This document shows, in pieces, positions 1 to 13,500 of a stretch of DNA of 64,000 nucleotides (positions within the stretch are counted from its first letter, which is position 1; every line of letters begins with the position of its first letter). Origin of the DNA: the human T2T-CHM13v2.0 reference genome, Homo sapiens. The notes under the pieces are model-generated. The model made no database searches. It was not told the DNA's origin and saw nothing but the letters and a program-made list of their open reading frames with translations. Where the stretch lies: the NCBI RefSeq assembly GCF_009914755.1, contig NC_060925.1; one strand, given 5' to 3'. The position numbers and the translations under genes were made by a program.

Positions 1-197
1 TGGACACAGGGAGGGGAACATCACACACGGGGGCCTGTCGAGGGGTGGGGGGTTAGGGGAGGGATAGCATCAGGAGATATACCTAATGTAGATGACGGGT
101 TGATGGGTGCAGCAAACCACCACGGCACATGTACACCTATGTAACAAGCCTGCACATTCTGCACATGTATCCCAGAACTTAAATTAAAAAAAAAAAA
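1..197 (+). mobile_element. L1PA (L1PA7/8-like) 3' end with poly(A), cut by the window start
   Basis: L1PA 3'UTR text: G-rich tract, ATACCTAATGTAGATGACGGGTTGATGGGTGCAGCAAACCAC...CCCAGAACTTAAA, then an A tail. Confidence 0.93.
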
Positions 198-2217
198 GAT
201 CAACTTGCCTATGGTCACACAGTTTGAATTATCATATCTGCTGATTCCTAGCTCAGTGCCCTTTCCACAGGAAATATTGCAGCTCCATCTTGTGTACTTG
301 AAATGATTTGATGCCAGAAGACACAGCTTTGATAGATCAGTCCATAAGAAAGGTGCTTGTTGGTGGTGGTGGGGCAAGGGACTAATTGGCAGGCTTGGTC
401 ATATCCTTGAATGTGGATACTTAAATAGTGGGCCAGTTCTACAGCTGAAGAATCTGAAAAAGGGATAGGCTAGCATAAGGAATGAGAAACCAACTTCTTA
501 CAGAGAAATCTTTCTGAAGCTTTCTATTAACATTTATACTAATAGGCATTTCTAACATTTTTGATATCTTTTCATAATCTCATATACAGTCCAATGGATA
601 GCATTCACTATATGCCTTATTTATAATTCTGCAGGAGCTGTCACTAAGATGTTGAATATATTTCATTTCCTGAAGCCCATTCAAAGCTTGACCTTTTCCA
701 AGATTCCAATCAAGGAGCATAGCTGTATGAACTAAATCTATGTACTTTGAATTTAGTCCCATTCCTAACAAGTGGCGTTTGTTTCATTTGGACAGTCACC
801 AGTCATTCTAGCAAGTTTTAGGTCCCACTGGCCTCTTGAAACCAGAATCCCTTAGATACTTGTTTTAACTGTGGACAGAAGATGTTGTAACTACTCAGGG
901 AATTCTTTAATATTTAGTATCATAATTGACTTGTGTGCCACTTTTCATGTGAAATTGAGTGACTGTACCTCAAAACTGAATAGAGAATTTATTCACGACT
1001 AAATTTTCTTGGTTTTTTAAGCTTCATTTTCAGGAAATGCTTTTAGCTTTCTATTTGGCCTAAACTTTGTTGTATGTTTCCATTAAAATTTTTTAATTTA
1101 TGGAAAAGATATAATAAATAATATTTACTTGATTTTAACTTCTTGGTGCAATTTAAATAAATAATCTGATGATGAAGCCAAATGTATAACTCCATCTCTG
1201 CCCTCTAAACTTTTGTTACAGAACTAATGGGAAGTTGTTGGAATCAAGAAATGATTAGCTTAATCTTTAATCTTTGGTTAAAGATTACCATTTGGTTTGA
1301 TTTAAATACTTACGTATGTAACAACATTTTGTTTGATTTAAATACTTATGAAGTTGGAATTTGTTTTTTCAAAAATGTCTCGGTGTTTGTAAATTAGTGT
1401 TGTTGATTCTATAGGAATGAACATTTCATTTAAATATGTAAAGGACTTGAGTAAAATGCAAAATTTATGTAGTTAGAAAACAGATTTGATTCTTGACTAA
1501 ACCATTTGTCTTCATTTTTGGCATGACCTCTTTATTTTCAAAGTACTGGCCTAGTCAGCCTTTCTTATATTTTAGATAATTCCATGAAATTGGAAATTCA
1601 TTAATGTTGGAGCCACTTCTTAAGTACCTGACAGCTACATTTCAAAGAATTATTTATCTTTTGTATAGCAACGTGTCAAACCCTAAGTCATCATCTAGGT
1701 TCTTAAATTCTCTTTTGAATCTGTTCCACACACCAAATACCAAACCTAATTCTGTCTTGCAACTATAACTCAGTGCTCATTCAGCTGCCTCCTTGGTTTA
1801 TTGATTCCACATTCAGAGCCTTTGCTGCAGTCCAGCTCTTCTGCCTAGAGCAGAACATTTCCAGATGGTTCTGAAATTCCAAACTTTTCCTTCATCTGTC
1901 ATTCCACTGGACCATAAGTAGAAGCTGTAAACAAGTTCAATTCATTACTTACTAGAGCAAATGGTTCCCTGACAAAAGCATGCATTACTGCAGTGTTGTT
2001 ACTCTGATAGAGAATCTCTTCTGATACCATATATATGAAAACACCTTTCAGTTAAATAAGATGGTATGTACCACTTAGGATACTGACTGTTAGACAAAGA
2101 ATATCCCCATGTATTTCCTCTTCATGATACCCTGTTTGACATGAGTATAATGTCTAAGACTTTTCAAGTTTCTATATGCTAGGGACAAGTGATCTCCAAC
2201 TTTTATGGAGTCATTAA

Positions 2218-2527
<310 letters not shown>

Positions 2528-2642
2528 TGAATAGAAGTTCAGAAAAATCTCCCTCTTGCTCAAGCCCCACCTCTGCCCTGTGTTCCTCGCCTAGATATGA
2601 ACTAGGAATAGACTCCTTCTGGCTACTCCCAGCCCTTCATCC

Positions 2643-3316
2643 TGTGATCTGAGAGACAAAAATAAAAAATAAAAAAATAATAAATAATAAAAATAAAAAT
2701 GCCCCTTTATCAACTAAGACAGACACTAAGGTTAAAAAAACAAAAGTTACCTACGGGTCAAGGGTTCAGGGCTCAGTTGACATGATACCTTCCTGAATGC
2801 CTAGGTGACAAGGAAAACTACACTCTTGCTAAACCCTCTAACAATAGGAGCTATCAGACTCCTCCTAACTGATTTCCAGCCCTACAAACATTCTTTTCTG
2901 ATAAGCACACCTGCCGACTCTAAGCCAGTTTCAGCCAGCTGATAGAGGCTGTACACAAACTCTGTGTTCTGTAGTTCACCTTTTAATGTAAAGAGCCAAA
3001 TTCTACCACATTTTAATGTTAAAAGCCCACTCTAGAGTGAACATGAGATGTGTGTTACACATACGTCTATCCACTGGGCATGTGCTCGGCCCCTCCCCTT
3101 CATAAATATGTATAGCTTTTCTGCCAGTCCTGCTGAATGTGTATGACTATTATGTGTTACAGCCCAGTGAGCTATCAAACTCAACCTCTCTTCGCCTCTT
3201 AGAAGAGGAAGAACCTTCATCCATGCTGGAGACTATCTCTTCCCTGTTTGCAAACTGATACCACCAATAAAGCTCTCCTTTTTACTATTTAGCCATCCTG
3301 GTGGTTTTGGATGACA
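2643..3316 (+). mobile_element. ERV1 solo LTR, MER72-like
   Basis: TG...CA termini, AATAAA near the 3' end, and recalled MER72 text (GCCCCTTTATCAACTAAGAC, AATAAAGCTCTCC...AGCCATCCTGGTGG); A-rich expansion near the 5' end. Confidence 0.75.
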
Positions 3317-4060
3317 TGCCTCACATTCAAGGCCTGTCAAATTCTACCTCCTCATTATCTCATTAGTCCCTCTTTCTCTGTAGACCTGCTGTCACCCTAG
3401 GCTAAGCCACTTCCATGTCTTTCCTGGCACGTGGTAGATGCTCGGTAAATTTTACTGAGTGATAGAATGAGTAGATAGGACAGGGAATAGGATATAAATT
3501 AAGGCCATTGAAATCTTGATCTTTTTTCTGCAATGCTGTGTTCTGAATATCTATAAAACAGAAGACTTATTGGGAAGAGCCTAATCAAACATGAGCAAAC
3601 ATCCCATTTAAACTTTGCATTTAGAATTGGATGAAAAGCACGTCCTCCAGATAAGAGTTCTGAGTAGAAAGGCAGGAAGTATTTTGTTAAGGTTACTCTT
3701 CTGCAGAAACCATATTTGATCATTTTTCTGGCTGGGTTTGTGAAGGAAACTGTCCCCCCAGAAAAGCAATTTGACATTTTCTGCTTTTCAGCAACAGCCT
3801 CTTACTCTCCCCAGAAAACACTGATTTACCAAATTGGCTCCTTTTAATTTATTGTTCCTCATTCTCTGAGGCTCACCTCTGACTTCATGGTTTATTTTCC
3901 AGAAAATTTTTCTAACACCACAAACCCCAGTGCAACAGGTAAACACAAGTCAAAAGAAATTCATTTAAAGCTGCCCTTTAGAGTTAATATTTATCTTGAA
4001 CTTCAACTTCATTCTGTGGACCTTCTGGTGGTCTTAAAGTTTGTAGCTAAATCAAGGGAC

Positions 4061-4095
4061 GTGTGTGTGTGTCAGAGAGAGAGAGTGTGTGTGTG
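4061..4095. repeat. Compound (GT)n(AG)n(GT)n microsatellite
   Basis: gtgtgtgtgtgtcagagagagagagtgtgtgtgtg. Confidence 0.85.
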
Positions 4096-4460
4096 CTGGT
4101 GTGAGCACTGGCTATGTGTTGTGCCAAATAATGAACTCCAGGGACAAAAGAAAAATGAAAGAAACCAAAGAATTTGCTCCACTTACCAAGAAATGTCTTT
4201 GTATTTTGTGGTGGCTTTTCTTCCATTAATCCTTTTTAAGTATATATTGACTCTGAATATTAAAATCATGAGATTTTTGTTTTGTTTTGAATGTGGCATA
4301 GTGTGAGAAAATGTGATTTTAAAAAATAATATTACAACTAAAGAAATGAGCAAGGAAAGTACCACCAACTTTGTTTCTATTAGATAACAAAGATTAAATC
4401 ATGGATTCACACTGAAGAATAAAATGCATTAAAATAAGCATTGCCAATGCAGCAGGCACA

Positions 4461-4606
4461 GCAGCAGTTTGCAAGCTTGGCCTTGCACTTTCATCCCCTG
4501 GAGGAGCTTTCAAAAACTTCCTCTGCTTGGAACATATCTCCTAAAGACTGATTTAGTGGCTCCTACGTGATTGATTCTAATGAGCAACAAGAGCTGAGAA
4601 CTACCA
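4461..4606. mobile_element. MER5-family hAT-Charlie MITE, degraded
   Basis: CCCCTGGAGGAGCTTTCAAAAA...TGATTCTAATG...GCTGAGAACTAC resembles MER5A/A1. Confidence 0.5.
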
Positions 4607-4788
4607 TGCGGGAGGGTAACACCAACTACATACAAGAAACAAACATATGTCCTGACCTTTCTTACTAAAACTTTAAAGTGGTGATTCTCAAGGGAAGGAG
4701 TTGGAGGAGCACACTGCCTGGATGAAGAGAGAACTTCATCAATCTATTCACACTGCCCCTCCTCCCCGCCCCATTTCTTCAGTCCTCC

Positions 4789-5510
<722 letters not shown>

Positions 5511-6278
5511 ACAGCCACTGTGACATATCCAAGGGTTTTATCCCTCAGACATGCGAGCATGGGCATAAGAAGCTGAGAACTCCTATGTTAGAAAGTAATT
5601 TTATTTTTAATAAGTGAAATAGAGTAGCAATAGGTTACTGTAACTCATCTGAATTTGATTATCCACTATGTAAGTTCTATATTCTTTTATCTCCCATAGT
5701 GGTATTTTCCTACCAAATATTGTAAAAAATGTAATGTGGGCCATATCATGAACAATACTTGAATTGTGATGGCTTTTTTCCCCTCTCACAATACTGGCCA
5801 AACGGATGGCAACGTGGGGAGAGTCGAAACAACCTTCCCAACAGTGAAGCCGGTGGCAACTCTTCTTTTGTTTGTTCATGCCATGACATTGATTGGGCAA
5901 GATAAACTGATATCATTGGAACCTTTGTGAAATCTTAACAAAACTGAATTTGCTGTTGTCTTTGAAATGAGTCTTTAGGAGTGTCAGGGTGTCATAAGGA
6001 GTGTTTGGTGTCATAAGGGCATTGGCCGAGGGTTAGTTGGTAATACTGCCCGGATAGCTGAGCTTTCAGCAGCAGCTGCTAAAACGGAGAGCCAGGGCAA
6101 AGTAGTGTGTGAAAACCTCATTCGAGTTTTCAACTTGGAGATGATAAGCCCAGGATTTCTCTACCTGAATTACTCCTCAGAGTAGACTTGGTGAGGGGAC
6201 TACTTCACCAAAGCTGGATTTTTAAAAAATTGTTTTGTTCTAAAGTCAAATTATTCTTTAGAGGGTTTTGCTTTTTCC

Positions 6279-6297
6279 TTGCTGCTAGGTGGCGCTC
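6279..6297 (+). promoter_or_regulatory. Candidate CTCF binding site
   Basis: TTGCTGCTAGGTGGCGCTC matches the CTCF core CCnCnAGRKGGCRC with one C>T change; lies in unique sequence with several retained CpGs. Confidence 0.5.
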
Positions 6298-6901
6298 TAG
6301 GACAGGAGTTCTGTTGCCAGGCCAGCTGCTAAAAATCCTTCCCTTGTGTGTTTCATCGCAGGTTTTAGAGTTAAAAATGGAGCTAAGAGCTAACTTCATC
6401 CAACCCCTCTTTTTACTTGGAAGAAAAAAAAAAACAAGTTAAGTGACCTAGAACATGAATTCATTGGAAATAGGTTCTTAATGTGTGATCTTCCCACAGA
6501 TTAAAATTTCCCTTTCTAATTTTACCCTCCAGGATATGGCCACAGAGCACTCCCTTTTTACAGAACTTAAACTTTAATACTGTATAGTTATCTATTCTTT
6601 GAAGGTGGTGGGGAAACACCAACAACCCCTAATCTCTTTCAGAAGCGACAAGTACTGATTCTATCTTGCTGCATTGAAAAAGTTTTAAGAAAAAAAAATC
6701 ACTTTGCCATCTTTATTTTGGCCTTTCCATGCAGATGTGTTTTCACCTCCTTTATAAATTACTGCTATAGGAAAAAATACAAAATTATTACAATTTAGGC
6801 ACATTTTTTAGTCTTTAAAATGATTTTTTTAATTCCAGGGCATTAAGTTTTGTGTTTGTCTGCCTTTCTGGGGGAAGGTTCTTGGCTTGCTCAGATTCTC
6901 A

Positions 6902-7258
<357 letters not shown>

Positions 7259-7599
7259 CTATTTGCTCACCAGATTCTCGGTGAGATGGAAAACTGATTA
7301 ACCCTTGTGACTTCACTCTCAAATGAAGACAAGCAAATTCTGTGGTCAGAGCCTGGTTTTAACTCACATCAGGAGTCAGCTCTAATAACCATCACTTACA
7401 GAGGACTTTACAAATTGCAAAACAGCAGAGGCTGCTGCCAACTAAAGTTTAAATCACATTAACACAAGGATAGTATATAAGACAAGGGAGTAGTTTGATA
7501 AGTTCTACACCTCTGTTGGCTTCTAGGAAGCAAAACGTTTACAAAGAAGATAGACCAGCATTCACAAGAGAACTGATCGGATAATAAGAGTTTTATGGA

Positions 7600-7960
7600 G
7601 TTCATATGTGCCACAAGCTGTTTATTCTGTGTGCTTTTATATAGATTACATCATGTAATCCTTGCAACAGCACCATGGGGTAGGTGGTGTTATTACTCCC
7701 ATTTTACAGATAAGGAAATCAAGGCACAGAAATGCATTTTGCCAACATCATGTCAGAAATTAATATTGTATTACAATAATCTTAATATCCAATTACTAAA
7801 TGCTCATTATATGCCAAAACTTTTACATATTTAATATTTACAGCATCCTTGTTACTATTCTTTTTTTTACAAGAGGAAAAACTTGAGGATCAGAAAATTA
7901 TTTACCAAGAATCACGCTAGTAAGTGGTAGGACCTTAAATAAGTCAGATTTTGCCAAAGA
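7600..7960 (-). mobile_element. Two tandem MIR fragments
   Basis: CCCATTTTACAGATAAGGAAATCAAGGCACAGA core; a second degraded core at ~7860-7930. Confidence 0.65.
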
Positions 7961-8019
7961 GTTGCCCATATTATCTTCTTATACTTCTCCGATTACCTAT
8001 TAAACCAATTCCAGTTCCA

Positions 8020-9213
8020 CCTACACCACTCCACCAAAACTGCTCCTGTCAAGGTCTCCAGCAACTCCATGCTGAATCCACTAGTCAGCCCTCAGTCATC
8101 CCATCTGACTTATCAGTAGCATTTGATACACTTGACAATCCTCCTCCCTGACACTTTCTGTCCTCCCAGCACATCTCATTCTCTAGGGTTTCCTCGTACT
8201 CATTGGTCAAAGCCTTAGCATCTTTTGTGCCTCCTCCTCTTTTTCCTGGCCTCTTAATGCTGCAGGGCACCAGGCCTCATTCTCTTGGGAATTCCCCCAG
8301 TCTCCTGGCTTTAACTACCATCTACATCTATAGGAAATCCTGTTGGCTATGCTTCCAAAATGTGTCTGGAATCTGCCGGCTTCTCACCAACCCTACCTCC
8401 ACCACCAGGTCAGAGTTACTGTACTGAGCCTGGACCACTTCGCAGCCTTGTCTGGCTTCCCTGCTGTCCACAGTGCTCTCTCACTCTGCTCTCCACAAAG
8501 CAGCCAGAGGGGCCCTTTCAAGCTCCAAGGCAGCTGGCATCCCTCCTCTGCCCAAGGCCCCCTGAGGGCTCCCAGTCTTACTCAGAGTCCTTACAATGGT
8601 CCACAGCGGTGTTGCCAAAGACAATGCAGGATGCCCAGTTAAATACGGATTTCAGGTAAACAGCTAATAACTTTCTAGTTTAAGTATGGTTTCATGCAAT
8701 ATTTGAGGCATATCTGTATTTTTAAAATTATTATCTGAAATTCAAATTTAGCTGAGATTGCAAATTTTTATCTGCTAAATCTGCCAGGCATATCCACCAG
8801 CTCTACATATGCCCCCCGTTACCTCCTTGACCTCATCTCCCATGATCTCCCCCTTATTCACTGCACTCCCCCACACTGGCCTCCTCACTTTCTTCCAGTG
8901 CATAGCTCCTCACTTTGGGCTCTTGCCTTGGCTGTTCTTCCTCCAGCATCTGCGTCTTCTCAAAGAGGTAATTTCTAAAATGACTTCTCAACGCTGTGCT
9001 CCCAATGCCCCTAATCCTGCTCCACTTTTTTCCATAGCACCTGACTTCTAACATGACTCATTCTTTTTATTGTGAACTGTAGGTCTCCACCAACCAGAAT
9101 CTAAACTCCACCGGGCAGGTATTTTTGTCCATTTCGTGCATTATCATATCCCAAGAGGCTAGAACAATAGCACCTCTGTACACAATAATTGTTTGTTTAT
9201 TGTGAATGAATGA
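8020..9213 (+). mobile_element. L2 (L2a-like) 3' portion, split by MER53
   Basis: CCACTCCACCAAAACTGCTCCTGTCAAGGTC...AGCATTTGATACA; ends in a TGAATGAATGA tail. Confidence 0.75.
8608..8786. mobile_element. MER53 palindromic hAT MITE
   Basis: GTTGCCA...CAGGATGCCCAGTTAAAT...ATGCAATATTTG...ATCTGAAATTCAAATTTA...GCTAAATCTG; internally palindromic. Confidence 0.85.
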
Positions 9214-10016
9214 TTTCAAAGGCTTTTGCTCCTTTCCATTGCATTATATATTCCCTCTGTTTCAACTTATGATAAATATCTGAACAAACTGAGAGTGCAC
9301 AGCCTGGAGAGGAGATTACGGGCAGAGGTGGAGAATGTGCTCACACCTCAGCTGGAGTGGTCCTTTTGTTGTGGGACAGTCTGGTTCAAGGCACAGAACT
9401 GTCCACAGCTCTCTGCCCAGGCAATTGCCACATTCCCCACACCCTCAGTATTGCCCTCTATTTAACAACAAAAAAGTGTGTATTTTCTATGTGCCAGTTC
9501 CTGTGCTGACCTCCAAGAATACAAGGATAAACAAGATAATGCTACCTAGGAGGACCAGGCAATGAGCTTGAGGTTCTTGCCTGATTGATAAAATGAAAAA
9601 GAATTGGGCCTGACTGCCCAGAATCACCGCAAGGGCCACAAGCCCTTATATCCTATCATCTCCCCCCAGGTTATTTCCTACTTTGGTAACCCCCAAGAGA
9701 AAACCAAAGTGAATGTTAAGCAGGAGCAGTGAGAAGAACATCTGCTGTAACCTCTCTATGACCCCAATGCAGTAGCTCAGCAGAGATGAATTAAAGCGCA
9801 GGAAGCTTGTTGGCGTCAGTCTCCATTGACGCCAACAGGAAGGTGGAGCAGAGAAGCAGATTTGCTGCTGAAAATCATTTCCCCTGGAAAGTCCCAGGAG
9901 AAAAAAAAAAATCATTACAGCTGGGATAATAATGTTTACTCAACAGCCTTGTGTAAATTTTTGACCCACCTTATTTCTGCACTATTAGGGTCTGGAATTA
10001 CTGATTAAAGATATTA

Positions 10017-10096
10017 TTATGTTGGTGCAAAAGTAATTGCGGTTTTTGCTATTACTTTCAATGACAAAAACCTCAATTACTTTTGCACCAGCCTAA
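10017..10096. mobile_element. MADE1 (Hsmar1 mariner MITE), full length, 80 bp
   Basis: TTATGTTGGTGCAAAAGTAATTGCGGTTTTTG...CAAAAACCTCAATTACTTTTGCACCAGCCTAA; TA TSD at 10015-16 and 10097-98. Confidence 0.95.
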
Positions 10097-10830
10097 TACC
10101 ATCTTAATATGCAATTGCTAGCTGGAAAAGTCTAGGGCAGGTTACAGAGGTGTAGTATTAACATGGCTAAAACACACACAATAGAAAATGGAGAAAGAAG
10201 TATCTTGAGGGGAGCATGGTTTGCAATGCCCTTTTCTCTTCTCCCTTTCCCCTTTCATTCCAGGTGGGCCTCCAGCATGTCCCTAGTCACCAAATTACAG
10301 AGCTGTCATTTTCTAATTCAATGAAAATTTACTGGGGGCCTGTTTGACACAGGCTGTGTCACCTCCTGTCTCCAGGGTATTAAATTGACTAAAAGAGCTC
10401 ATCCTTTACTAAAGAGGGTAGCTCCCTAGTGCAACTGTGACCAGGCATAGAGGGGTAAAAAGTCGGCCCTGGCATTAACTAAATGCCCACAGCAAGAGCT
10501 TGTTCTTTCTTCTTGTAAAAAATGACCAGATGCTAGAACTCAGGACACCTTGGATGACACCCAACATTCTAGAGGAAAATCATAGATAGACCTGGCAGAT
10601 CTCGTCAGGCAGAGCTGGCCTGGCAAAACTGGGAAGTGAGCCATACTGATCCTCAACATTCTCCAATTTTCATTTTCAGCTCTTTTCCCTCTGACCATTA
10701 TTTGGTTCTGCCCCATGAGTGGCCACAAAGTCCCCCTGCCCTGCCCTCCCCTATCACAACCCACCCAAGGACCTTGCTAGGTGACACTGACCCATTCCAC
10801 ATTTTAGAGTCTGAAATTATTCCTCAGTCT

Positions 10831-11140
10831 TCCCAGCACTTTGGGAGGCTAAGGCAGGCGGATCACGAGGTCGGGAGTTCGAAACCAGCCTAGCCAATAT
10901 GGTGAAACTGTGTCTCTACTAAAAAACACAAAAATTAGCTGGGTGTCGTGGCGCGTGCCTGTAGTCCCAGCTACTCAGGAGGCTGAGGCAGGAGAACCAC
11001 TTGAACTCAGGAGGCGGAGGTTGCAGTGAGCTGAGATCACGCCACTGCACTCCAGCCTGGAGTGCAGTGCAGTAAACATTATTATCCCAGCTGTAAGCGA
11101 GTGAGACTCCATCTCAAAAAACAAAACAAATACCCAAAAA
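10831..11140 (+). mobile_element. AluS (Sg-like), 5'-truncated, with a non-Alu insertion in the right arm
   Basis: Begins at TCCCAGCACTTTGGGAGG; GGATCACGAGGTC; foreign sequence at 11061-11096. Confidence 0.92.
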
Positions 11141-11719
11141 ATATTGCTATCTAGCAAGGGAATGTGACAAAACCAATTGAAAAGGAATAAACTAGTGACT
11201 ATAATAGTTTAGATAACTTCCTGGAGTGCTTGCCTTTTGGAGAGGCAATAAATAAGAAAATGAGGCTCCGAATGACCAGAACCAAATAGAACCTTCTTAG
11301 ATTCTATTCTATTTCTCAAAGTAATATGAGAATTAACTAAAATCTTGAGATTTTTGCCAAGGACAAAACATTACATTGACCCTTCTAGTAAATGAGACAA
11401 CTGCACTTCTTAATCCTCCCTTTTCCAGACAAATACCAGTCAGTAGGTCCCTCATTTCTAACTCCTCATATATGGCAATAGGACATAGCATTTTTAAACT
11501 ATGAAAAGATGTTAAATTTCATCACTTTAACAATGTATAATTTAATCACATATAAAATGAAAGATGGTTGTTAGAGTTCTTCCAAGATAAGTCTCTAGCT
11601 CCTCACAAATTTAAAGGATCCATTTTAAACTTATGAAGAGGCTGTAAGAAGAGACACTAGAACCAAATGTGAACAGACATCTAGACAATTGATTCTGGAT
11701 GGCTAAAGCTCAACTTCTT

Positions 11720-12075
11720 CATTTAATTAACAAATACTTGTTGAGGACTTACCGTGTGCCAGGCATCAGGCTCGATGCTGAAGATGAAAGACTGTTCCTG
11801 TCTTCAGGGATCTCACAGTTTGGTGGGACAGGGCAGAAGAAACTTAAAATAAGCAACTACGACAGGCTGTGATAAGTGCCATTATGGAGCACGTACAGGG
11901 AACATTGGGAGCACAGAACACTTCACTCACTCTAGGGTTGGAGAGAAGGGTATATTGGAGGAAGATTTCTCAAAAAAAACCTGTGCTGGATTTTAAAGGT
12001 CATATACCTGTCTCTAGTTTTAGTGTATGGAAGGTATTTCCAAAGCATATAAATGGTATTTCAAAAGCACAAAAG
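11720..12075 (-). mobile_element. L2 3' fragment
   Basis: AACAAATACTTGTTGAGGACTTACCGTGTGCCAGGCA is the reversed L2 3' end. Confidence 0.65.
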
Positions 12076-12141
12076 AAAAAAAGGAAATGTGGGAGATATT
12101 ATTCCAGTTGGTGGGGAAAAAAGTAAAAAATAAGTTAAAGG

Positions 12142-12440
12142 GGCCAGGCGCAGTGGCTCATGCCTGTAATCCCAACACATTGGGAGGCTGAGGCAGGCAG
12201 ATCACTTGAGGTCAAGAGTTCGAGACCAGCCTGGCCAACATGGTAAAACCCCATCTCTACTAAAAATACAAAAATTAGCTGGGCGTAGTAGCGCATGCCT
12301 GTAATCCCAGCTATTCCAGTGGCTGAGGCATGAGAATCGCTTGAACCTGTGAGGCAGAGGTTGAAGTGAACCAAAATCTTGCCACTGCATTCCAGCCTTG
12401 GTGACAGAGTGAGATTCTGTCTTAAAAAATAAAATAAAAT
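12142..12440 (+). mobile_element. AluS (Sx/Sz-like)
   Basis: Full Alu with (TAAAA)n tail; TSD AAAATAAGTTAAAGG on both sides. Confidence 0.95.
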
Positions 12441-12884
12441 AAAATAAGTTAAAGGAAAATTACCTAAAACTTGTAGATAAAAGATGATTATATGACTTTT
12501 TATGTCATGCTAACAACATTTTCTAATGAGCCTACTTTATTTACACAACTGATCATGACTCAAACATTTTACAAGTCTGTAAAATTTATAAGGTGATTTT
12601 TGTTTCTACCAGTGTAAAGAAGACCCATGGATCATCTTCTTTATATTGGTAGAAAAGGTTCTTTACATTGGTTAAGAAAAAGGGGGGGTGGGTGGGTATA
12701 ATTTTCCTATACGACAATATGTAACTAGCAAATTTATTGCAGAATTCCTTTTTTCCCCCTCATTATAAAAATCTCAGTTTCTCAAACTCTTTTTGGAACC
12801 TACTTGGCCATCCTACTGGTTTCATCATTAAAGAGTTCATCATTAAAGAGTTAAATAAAACTTTGAAATTAGCTCACCATTTTT

Positions 12885-13500
12885 TTGTATAAGGATTAGG
12901 TTTTTAAATTCACATGGAAACTTGAGGGGCTCTGAACAGCCAAAAATAACTTGAAAAAGAAAGACAAAGTTGGAAGTCTCATTTCCAAATTTTAAACCCA
13001 CTACAGAGCTACAGTAATCAAAATAGTGTGGGACTAGTGTAAAGAAATACATATAGACCAATGAATAGAATAGAGATGGCAGAAATAAATGTCCAATTAT
13101 ATGGTGATTGAATCTTCAACAAGGGTGCCAAGACCATCTAATGGGGAAAGGACAGTCTTTTCAACTTATGGTGCTGGGAAAACTGAATATCCACATGCAA
13201 AAATATGGAGTTGGTCCCTTGCCTTATACCATATACAAATACACCTCAAAATAGATCAAAGGCCTAAAGGTAACACCTAAAATCATAAAACTGTTAGGAA
13301 AAAAATGTAGTGGGAAAGCTTCATGACATTGAGTTTGATAATGGTTTTTGGATATGACACCAAATGCACAGGCAACAAATGTAAACAGATAAATTGGACT
13401 ACCCCCAAATTTGAAACTCTATCAAAGGACACAACCAATAGAATGAAAAGGCAACCTACAGAATGGGAAAAATATTTGGATCTTGCAAAAGATTAGTAAC
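12885..13500 (+). mobile_element. Old L1M ORF2 3' fragment
   Basis: AGCTACAGTAATCAAAATAGTGTGG...TCAACAAGGGTGCCAAGACC...AAAAGGCAACCTACAGAATGGGA. Confidence 0.85.
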
